A stretch of 63,826 bases of DNA, filler included, from Syncephalis fuscata S228 (lineage: Eukaryota > Fungi > Zoopagomycota): assembly GCA_025786725.1 (NCBI GenBank). It is 4 parts of 4 records of this genome, joined end to end, with 100 filler letters (N's around TTAATTAATTAA, not from the genome) between each part and the next. Parts side by side here need not be neighbours in the genome. Positions count along the whole stretch, not along the records: positions 1 to 21,029 come from JAHLTZ010000156.1; 3 more parts are not named here. One strand, 5' to 3'. Numbering within the stretch: position 1 is the first letter of the stretch; the number at the start of each line of letters is the position of its first letter. The position numbers were made by a program, and so were the translations under genes. Below the pieces are notes generated by a model. The model was not told the origin of the DNA, made no database searches, and saw only the letters and a list, made by a program, of their open reading frames with translations. Positions 1 to 9,235 of this stretch are shown piece by piece.

Positions 1-480
1 TGTACGCTATTTGTATGTATGCAGATATTGGACCCGAGTCATTCAGTGGAAGTGACAGCAAAAACACATTATCGCTTTTATAAAACCAAACAATATACTT
101 GTTTTCACCAAGTAGTTAGACCTTGTAATAAAAAATACGACTAATGTGTCTATCTCTATCATATGTGTACTGAATTATTATCATTATTGTGTTATTACTG
201 TAAATGACTAGCAGATTGAAGTAAAGGCCGGGCAGATTATGTGCTATTTTGTATGCATGCAGATATCGGGGCCCAAGTCATTCGGTGGAAGTGACAGCAA
301 AGGCATCATTATCGTTTTTACAAAACCAAACAATATACTTGTTTTTATTAAATAGTTAGATCGTGTAACAGAAAATACAGAATAATATACCTATCTCTAT
401 CGCATATGCACCGGATTATTACCATTATTGTTTCATTCCTGTAAATGATGGGCAGCTTAAAGTAAAGACCAGGCAGGTTA
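1..480. repeat. Diverged ~240-bp tandem duplication (about 1-238 and 239-480)
   Basis: Collinear shared blocks in both halves: gtcattc(a/g)gtggaagtgacagcaaa, aaaaccaaacaatatacttgtttt, ctatctctatc, ctgtaaatga, aagtaaag(g/a)cc(g/a)ggcag. Confidence 0.9.
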
Positions 481-774
481 AAATTAAGACTGGGAACATT
501 CTATCATACCACGAATCTATTGGTACCCGCACGTTTCAAACCATTATTTAGATTGCTTCATTGGTTCATATTACACATCAATGGTATGCCTCGTATGCTA
601 CAGTATACCAGTACCTCAGCATAACCATAGATTTAAATAGCCCACAAAGTATACACAACCAACTAAAATATCATCACCACACTCTACTTCTTACTAAACA
701 CACACTACTCTTCACTTTACACTTACCACACTCTACTATCTCTTTTATTTGTTTGTCTTAACAATCAATATCAC

Positions 775-3547
775 ATGAAGCTTTCCATTGCCGTCGTTTG
801 CACCATTGCCATTGCGCTTGTGGCCGTCACAACCATGGTGGATGCTAATCCAGCGTTAGTTCGTCGTGGTGGTATGTTGCAATAACAATAAATATGCCAT
901 ATCATTATATTTACTAACAGTATTGCTAACTAATGATTATAATAGCCAGTAGGTTGTATTATATACTACTTGACTATAAATTAACTATATTATTGATTAA
1001 TTGTACCGTTTATTTAATATTAATAGAGGGTAAGTTGTACTATATATTGCTTAACTATACATTAACTATGTGCCATATACTGTATTTATCAACAACTTAA
1101 TATTAATAGAATGTAAGTTGTATTGTATATCAATTGATTACTTAATAATTATATACTTTGTACTGTGTGCATCAATGTTTAATACTAATAGGCAGTAAGT
1201 GATATTGTATACTAGTGACCTATAAATTAATTCTATACCATGTATTATTTGTATCAACAACTTAATGTCATAGAGGGTAAGGTGTATTGTGTATTAACTG
1301 GCTATGAACTAATTTTATATTATCCCCGTGTATATCAACAATTTAATATTAATAGAATGTAAGTTATATTGCATATTAATTAATTATTCACTAATCATAT
1401 ATTATGTACTGTGTGTACCAACGGCTTAATAATAATAGGCGGTAAGCAGCATTATCTGTTGCTGACTTATAAATTAATTATATACCATACACTATGTGTA
1501 TCAATAACTTGATGGAATAGTTAGTAGGTAATATTACATATTAACTGACTATACATTAATTATATACCATGTATTGTGTGTATCAATAATTTAATACAAT
1601 AGAAAGTAAGCTATATTATATATTAACTAATTATTCACTAATTATATCTATGCACTGTATGCATCAACAAATATTAATAGACTGTAAGTAGCATTGTATA
1701 TTGGTGATTTATACATTGATTATATACCACTTATTGTGTATATCAATAACGTAATATTAATAGGCTGTAAGTACCATTATATATTGATGGTTTATAAATT
1801 AATTATGTGCCATGCACTGTGTATCAACGAATTAATATATTAGTGAGTAAGTAACATTGCATATTAACTGGACTATACATTAATAATGCTATTTACTAAT
1901 TGTACCGATTATTTAATATTAATAGATGGTAAGTATTATTGTATATTAATTAACTATACATTAATTATACTATTCATTGATTGTATCAATCGTTTAATAT
2001 TAATAGGGGGTAAGTGATATTGTATATTAACTGACTATACATTCACTATGCTATTTACTAATTGTACCGATTATTTAATATTAATAGGCTGTAAGTGATT
2101 TTGTATATCAATTAACTATACATTAACTATACTATTTACTGATTGTACCAATTATTTAATATTAATAGCTAGTAAGTGATATTGTATATTAACTGAATAT
2201 ACATTAATCATGTTACTTGCTGATTGTACTAATTATTTAATATTAATAGAACGTAAGTGATATTGTATATTAAATGAATATACATTAGTCATTCTATTTA
2301 CTAATTGTACCGATTATTTAATATTAATAGCCAGTAAGTGATATTGTATATTAACTGACTATACATTAACCATGTCACTTACTGATTGTACCAATTATTT
2401 AATATTAATAGCTGGTATGTTATATTGCATATTAACTGACTACATTAATAATGCTATTTACTAATTGTACCGATTACTTAATATTAATAGCTGGTATGTT
2501 ATATTGTATATTAACTGACTATACATTAATCATGCTATTTACTAATTGTACCGATTATTTAATATTAATAGATTGTAAGTGATATTGTATATTAGCTGAC
2601 TATACACTAATAATGCTATTTACTAATTGTACCGATTATTTATATTAATAGATTGTAAGTGATATTTTATATTAACTGACTATACATTAATCATGCTATT
2701 TACTAATTGTACCGATTATTTAATATTAATAGGCTGTAAGTGATATTGCATATTAACTGACTATACATTAATTATACTATTCATTGATTGTACCAATTGT
2801 TTAATATGAATAGGGGGTAGGTAGTATTGTATATTAACCGAATATACATTAACCATGCTATTTACTGATTGTATCAATTGTTTAATATTAATAGATAGTA
2901 AGTGATATTGTATATTAATTGGCTATAAATTAATTATGCTATTTGCTGATGATACCGATTATTTAATGTTAATAGAATGTATGTGAAATTTTGGATCAAT
3001 TGAATATTCACTAATCACATGCTATTTATTGTATGCATCAACAAATTAATATTAATAGGCAGTAAGTAGAATTATATATTAACTAAATATGCACTAATTC
3101 TATACCATGTATTGTACATATAAATAACTTAATATAAAAGGACGTAAGTTGTATTATGTGTCAATTAACTACTTGCTAATTATATATTATGTATTATGCT
3201 TATCAATGGCTTAATATTAATAGAATGTAAGTCATATTGTATATTAATTGAACATTGGCTAATTATATACCATGCACCATGTATATTAATAACTTAATAT
3301 TAGCTAAATGTAATTGTATTGTATATTAATTGAGCATTGGTTAATTATATATCACATATTGTGTACATTAATAATTTAATATTAATAGGCTGTAAGTAGT
3401 ATTGTATATTGACGGCTTATACATTAATTATATACCGCTTATTGTGTATATCAACAACTTAATATTAATAGACTGTAAGTAGCATTGTATATTGCTGCCT
3501 TATAAATTAATTTATGACATATAACATCTTTATTTGTAAATACAGAA
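775..3547 (+). CDS. Secreted Cys-rich peptide precursor (63 aa) encoded by exon 1, 31 three-nt microexons and a terminal exon
   Basis: Exon 1 (775-871) reads MKLSIAVVCTIAIALVAVTTMVDANPALVRRG+G, then donor GTATGT. AG|NNN|GT microexons start at 946,1027,1110,1192,1274,1356,1439,1521,1603,1681,1764,1844,1926,2007,2088,2169,2250,2331,2412,2491,2572,2652,2733,2814,2895,2976,3059,3141,3224,3389,3472. The last acceptor TACAG ends at 3545. Joined in phase 1 they give AKECKECVKNCLNGGSKPTADYCWDKCRQCY followed by T|AA stop. Confidence 0.88.
872..3545 (+). repeat. Tandem array of ~81-bp units, each a homologous 71-80-nt intron plus a 3-nt exon
   Basis: Approximate consensus GTAAGTgatattgtatattaactgactatacattaatcatgctatttACTAATtgtaccgattatttaatattaaTAG. 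Donors are GTAAGT, GTAGGT, GTATGT, GTAAGC or GTAAGG. Confidence 0.95.
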
Positions 3548-5159
3548 TAATCGATGGTTTCAAGACATCAGCATTGGTAGTGCAATCAAGTCACTATTCC
3601 AATACACTTTAGGTATATATTCGGTGAAAAGCAAGGCCATTTGACAATTACGCCGTCCAGTCTATATATATCAAGTTTTGGCCAATGCTCCGGTTTATCC
3701 AGTCTTTAATCAATGGAATCATTATGTTACCAACATGTTTGCATCTAGTTGTCACTATTTAACTGTGCAAGCTTATAGTAATAAACTTATGGTTTCATTT
3801 TAACTATATACAATCAAATTGCTATATCTATAACCATGTTTTATTTGCATTCAATAATGACAATTATCAATCAAATAATTAAATTAATAACAAAATGTGT
3901 ATAATTATATCGCCTAAGCTATAGGCATAGATTGTTATGGATGGTAGTAAAGCTATCATTATCATATAGCCAAATAATAGTATGCTGAAATTAGAATAAA
4001 TACGCTTTTTAATAAAACATGGCAATAAAGCATACAGTATTATAAAACAAAATAAATAGACAAAACGAATATGTGAATAGTAATAACAAAACTATACTGT
4101 ATCCAATTGATCAAGAGTAATAAACGAAATAAATCAAAATCTACTAAAGAAATACAGTTAGCAATAAACCCTTAGCTTTTGTTAATATAGTTTCTACAAT
4201 TTATAATATTAATGATATAGATGAACATATAGTACAAGTATACAAGATAAATATGTACAGTACAATAATAATGATAAATAAATAGCTTAATAACCAATGA
4301 CACTCAACAGCCAGTTTCATCTTCAATAAAGCGGATACTTCGTTTAAATGTGTGGCTATTATAGTTATTTAACTGCTAAATCACATTAAACAGTCAATAG
4401 TGTGCTCAATATTGTGGAAAGTTATCTTTATTTAGTTGATAAAAATATCATAAGATTCAATACAAATCAAATGGTTTAAATGATTCGCCACAGCTCCCTT
4501 TTAAGCTTTTTTGCCATATTACATAACTTTTCTAAATTATGACATTGGAGCGACTACTGCGATGTTTAAGAATGAATGTTACAAGTAGATTGTTCTAGTT
4601 TGCCAATGATAAATGTCATGTTGACGGTTTTATTTTGCATATCTCCCCTCTTGCTTGATACACCAACTAATTAACTTGATTTAATCAAAACAGTAATGCT
4701 TTCATGTAATTCGGAATTGTTTAATTACTAAATCTGATACCTGAAATGCTCTAAATAAGCCACTCTAATTTTATTTGTTGGTTAAATTTTATATTTTAAA
4801 AAATATTTATTAATTGAATCGCTTTTGTTTGCATTAAACTTTATTTATTTATTTTGCTAGTTGTTTCGTTAGTAGTTTGTATTTGTTCAATAAAAACGTT
4901 TATTTCAATATTAACTACTGTTTTAATACAATTAATGCTAATCTTTACATAGCATGTTTTTGTATTGTATTTTTGAGTTGCATTTGTCACAAATATATTG
5001 TTGAAAGTCTTTTAACAAATAAAACACAATTAGCATTGCTGTTGATATCGCTAAAATTAACTAAACTATGTAAATAAGCAAAATTGGTTTCAATTGAAAA
5101 CATGCTGTTATGTACAAAAAACATAGTTATAGTGTTTTCATTTGATTAATTTGAAATTC

Positions 5160-5432
5160 ACGAGGCTAATTATTGTTTTTGTTGGTCATGTATAGAAAAA
5201 TTGATCAAATATCGATAGAAGCTATATGATTGTAATTCCATATCATTTCGCATTTGTTGTTGCTATGTCTACGTACAGTGTGGATTATTGCATCTGAATG
5301 ATTTTTCTATTTTCTAATATTCTACTATTGTATTTTAAGCATATTTGTGCTGTAAGATTAATATTAATATAATTATTATAAATGTCGTTTATTAAACAGC
5401 CACTTTCCCTATAGCTAATCTAACTAAATAAG
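5160..5432 (-). repeat. Dispersed repeat copy (probable non-autonomous TE fragment)
   Basis: Reverse complement aligns with about 16947-17215 (gtggctgtttaataaacgacatttataataattatattaat..., gcacaaatatgcttaaaatacaatagtagaatattagaaaatagaaaaa) and partly with 11560-11630. Confidence 0.85.
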
Positions 5433-5697
5433 AAGTCAAAGTAAAATAGCTCACTAATGTAAATAATTTATTAGTAGATTCATGTGATTTAGTGTCAAAA
5501 AATCAAAGCTAACATTTTTTACTTAATTGAACTACACATTTGCTATTCTACTAAACATGGAACTGGATGGTGAATGCTATTAAATATCAAATTACAATGC
5601 TTTCAATACTTTACAGCAACAATAATATGGATCAACATTTATTAACATATACACTAACATATAGCCTCTACCTATTCATCCACTTGATGATAAAATT

Positions 5698-6083
5698 CCA
5701 CTTATTACTTTTGGGGCTACTTGATTTGCTACTTTTATGAAAGATAAGGTTGCTGGACTGGCCAATCGTTGCAAAAAGGTGCTCAAACTGCTGAGTGACA
5801 AGGACTTTTGGTTATTGTAAATATTAACGAGTACAATACATCAAAAGTCTGTTCCAAATGCAAGAAAAAGGAAATGGCAGGTTTACATCTGGAAGAACGC
5901 AAAAGCACAATGCATAGCGTATTTGTTTGGCAAAACAATGATTGTCGTACGGTATAGCAGTGTGATGTTAATGCCAGCAGAAACATGCACAGTATATTCA
6001 GTATAATGGCCGGTGGTGAACCAAGGCCTTCTGATTTCTTACCACCTATTATTATAAAAAGTCAAACTGACACTGTTGCATAA
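5698..6083 (+). pseudogene. Fanzor/TnpB-like nuclease C-terminal relic
   Basis: Translates as PLITFGAT*FATFMKDKVAGLANRCKKVLK, then after a frameshift AE*QGLLVIVNINEYNTSKVCSKC...VFVWQNNDCRTV*QCDVNASRNM...GGEPRPSDF. This matches the RuvC-II (EYxTSKxCxxC), zinc-finger and RuvC-III (RDxNAxxN) motifs. Three stops and one frameshift. Confidence 0.85.
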
Positions 6084-6768
6084 ACATCATAATTAAATTA
6101 TAACATTTTATTGTAAGTAGCATGAAATACTGTTTAACATTTATTAACATTGATATCAAATGGAAACAGTGCTGATTAATTAAGACACTGATTAATTCAA
6201 TCGAGTTGATATAATACTACTTCAACAGATACTACTTCTTAGTAGTAAAAACTAATCGATGATTTATTATTCGAGTTATTGATTTTTGTCCCCAGTTTAA
6301 GGATGGAGAGTCAAAGTACAGTAGCTTCATCAACCTAGTATAAACATGACTATTAAATTTAGTAAAAACTTTATTAATAAATGCGTAAAAATGTGCTAAC
6401 TAGTGGGAAAAAGATCATTCACGTTACCTAAAATGGGCATAACAATGTGTCTTATCAGCAAATCAGCCACCAGACCATGTGAGTGAGTAATGGTTGATCC
6501 AAATGACCATTGTCAGTTACACAAATTCTTGGCAATTTTGTTCGATTAAAAAATGAACACGTTGCTAATTTCACATTCCTAATGGGATTGAAAAGAGGCC
6601 GAATTTCGCCCTTTTCCTTTTTAACTTTACTACTATTCACCACATTATCAACACACACACACACACGCACATACTTATATTTACACCTGGTTCAATTTGT
6701 TTGTTTATTTGTCATTATCTAGCATTATTAACTAGATTATTGCTCAGTTCACTTTTGTTTGCTAAGGT

Positions 6769-8268
6769 ATGGCTCACGTTTACTATCCCGTCTCGCCCAG
6801 CGCCTCGGATTTGGATGACGCACAGGCTATCAATCCTATAGCTGTTGACGCTGAATTGTTTTTTGACGATAATAGCAGCGACAGTTGCACAACAGTCCCG
6901 CAGTATAACGGTCGTATTCTTCGTAAACTGCTTTCTAGCGACCTGCCCATGTTTGCGCCCAGCTCTTCTGGCAGCCTTGCCAGCTCTCCGTCCATTGATG
7001 CATTGAAGATTAAGCCTATTAACGTTGCGCTTCCTATGTTTGCAGCGATCAGCCCGGTCAGCGATCTGGCCGACATGAGCGACGAAGGGAGCACAGGTGG
7101 TGCCTGTGAAGATAGTCAGTCGGACGATGCAGCAAGCACCGCCGACTACTCTTCGTATTCTCGTCAAAAGCCTGGCCGTAAGCGCAAAGGAGAGGAGCGG
7201 AAACCGGAAGACCAAGCGCGTATCCGTATGTTGCGCAACCGAGCTGCGGCACAAGCATCGCGTGAACGTAAACGACAACATGCTGCAGAAATGGAGGAAA
7301 CAAACAAACGATTACGCATCGATAACGATGAATTGAAGGAGCGGGCCGAAGCAGCCGAGAAAGCACAAATGCTACTTAGCAATCAAGTAGAGCTGCTGTC
7401 TAAACAAGTAAACGATCTTTTAATGATGTTTACACCGTCCAATTCTTCCATTTCTAATGAGCAAACTTTACCTTATGACAATCTATCTCTTGTTTCTAAT
7501 GAATCTAATGACAAACTGACAGCCATTCAACCTAGTGTCGATTTATTATCCGACAACAATTCCTCTTCTCTTCTTTCCGTCTTCAACCATCTTCTTTCGA
7601 ATCCCCCCACAAATGATGTAATGGCATCGGTAGACGGTCTTGGCGGATCAGAAGTATCCCCAATGTTAGTGCAGGACACTAGCATCTCCCGGCAGCGGAG
7701 ACCGTTCTGCTCGATGATCCACTACAGTCCATTTGTATTCCATCGCTATCCGAATCACTTCACACAGACGAGACGGTGTCCGGCCACGGTCACACCGAAC
7801 AACAGCTATTTGAACTATTATTTGGCGAGAATACCGAGTCTTCTAATGACACCACTGTTTCTTTCTAACGTTGCATCATTGTCATCCGCTCTAACCACCT
7901 CAGCAGTGTCTGTAGCGTCGATGTGGGTGCAATGGGTTAGAACAGTTTGTACATTAGTGCTACGGCTATGTTTGTCATTTGGGTTCTATAGTGATACGAT
8001 ACGTCGTGTTTGGCCATCAATGTTACCGTTGAACGGCTCCTTTACACGAAATAATCGATGTCATTACAGTTGTTCCAAATATACTTTACCGTTAAGGTCA
8101 GGTAGATTTGGTTGTTTATTCTCCAGTGAAGTGATCTTGCCACTTACAGTACCTCGTTTATCAGCGAATGGTCATTTTGTTGATTTAGCGGCTGTTTGTG
8201 CAAAAGATACGCATTATGCAAACAAACCTGCTCCATTGATGCCGGGTAAACAACGTCTATCTGTTTAA
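6769..8268 (+). CDS. HAC1: HAC1/XBP1-like bZIP transcription factor (unspliced 499 aa; predicted Ire1-spliced form 352 aa, stop at 7866-7868)
   Basis: Basic region RIRMLRNRAAAQASRERKR followed by a leucine zipper. Two Ire1-type stem-loops lie downstream, and removing the sequence between them opens an acidic tail. Confidence 0.85.
   Translation: MAHVYYPVSPSASDLDDAQAINPIAVDAELFFDDNSSDSCTTVPQYNGRILRKLLSSDLPMFAPSSSGSLASSPSIDALKIKPINVALPMFAAISPVSDLADMSDEGSTGGACEDSQSDDAASTADYSSYSRQKPGRKRKGEERKPEDQARIRMLRNRAAAQASRERKRQHAAEMEETNKRLRIDNDELKERAEAAEKAQMLLSNQVELLSKQVNDLLMMFTPSNSSISNEQTLPYDNLSLVSNESNDKLTAIQPSVDLLSDNNSSSLLSVFNHLLSNPPTNDVMASVDGLGGSEVSPMLVQDTSISRQRRPFCSMIHYSPFVFHRYPNHFTQTRRCPATVTPNNSYLNYYLARIPSLLMTPLFLSNVASLSSALTTSAVSVASMWVQWVRTVCTLVLRLCLSFGFYSDTIRRVWPSMLPLNGSFTRNNRCHYSCSKYTLPLRSGRFGCLFSSEVILPLTVPRLSANGHFVDLAAVCAKDTHYANKPAPLMPGKQRLSV
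7634..7705 (+). promoter_or_regulatory. Predicted Ire1 unconventional-splicing structure; 41-nt intron 7652-7692
   Basis: 5' hairpin GGAT-[CAG|AAGT]-ATCC (7645-7659) and 3' hairpin TCTCC-[CGG|CAGC]-GGAGA (7685-7701) both have 7-nt CNG|NNGN loops. Flanking exon sequences ACGGTCT (7634-7640) and AGACCGT (7699-7705) are complementary. Confidence 0.85.
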
Positions 8269-9235
8269 GATATGTTACTGTTGTCACCGTTGCACTTGGA
8301 CAGTAGAAAACAATGCTCATCTTAAGACACAAAGCAGTCACTTGGATCGCTAGATGATATCAAAGATAACAGCACTTTAAGTGGTAATTCGGTTTGTGCT
8401 TCGTTTAATCCCGTTTACTTTTTTTGAAGCTTGGCTTTAACTGTGTATGTTATTTCGAAACTTTTCGATCTTTTTATTGAATAGTCGTTGATTATCTCTT
8501 GATATTTTCTTTGTTTGCACTTCGTTTATACCAGTAACATCTGTAACCAATCTTATACTGATGAGTGATATAAACAATAAATAAGTTATTACTTAATTTC
8601 TATGACAATGGAACAGTAAAATACAAATGAATTATGTAAACTAAAGTATATGATCATCAAAGTTGTAACACATCATTGGCTATTTGAGTCGTATTAAATT
8701 ATTAGCATCTCACAATTAACTGCATTCATTAAATTGTGCATGCTATAACTTTAACATCATAATTCGTATGCTTCTCGTTGTATGTTCATCCTACAATATA
8801 TCTTTTTATGATTTATGAAAAACATATTATTAATAAAAGTAAAACTAATCCCAACTTACAAATTTACCATTATAACAATAAAATATTTATGTTTATTGCT
8901 GTTGCGGTAACTTCATAAACTATATTGTTGGTTACGGTGTCAATTAATTAATCGGCTTAGTAGTGACAAACCTTATATTAAATAACAATTTGTTCTATAA
9001 TTTTTTGTCAACAACTCATCAAATTCTTAACTAATTCTTAAACCATATTTACTTGTAAATAAAATAATAATATCTACACTGTACTTCAATAGGCATACAT
9101 AACTGTGTAACCATTATACTGTAAATAGAATAAAACAGCTCACAACCATGCATTGCCTTTATTTCTCACTTACATCTATTGCTGTCTATTCCTTTTATGT
9201 CGTATCAATTTTAGTACAGTCATTTCTGGTCAGCC

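Noticed and set aside
872-3545. CRISPR array or plain satellite interpretation of the 81-bp repeat
   Set aside because: The variable part is only 3 nt, is bounded by AG and GT splice signals, and concatenates into an open Cys-patterned frame. There are no cas genes and the context is eukaryotic.
7664-7684. GTG|CAG or CAG|GAC in the middle hairpin as the 5' Ire1 cut
   Set aside because: The loop does not fit CNGNNGN, and the resulting 21- or 18-nt introns would not shift the frame. The site at 7651 fits both tests.
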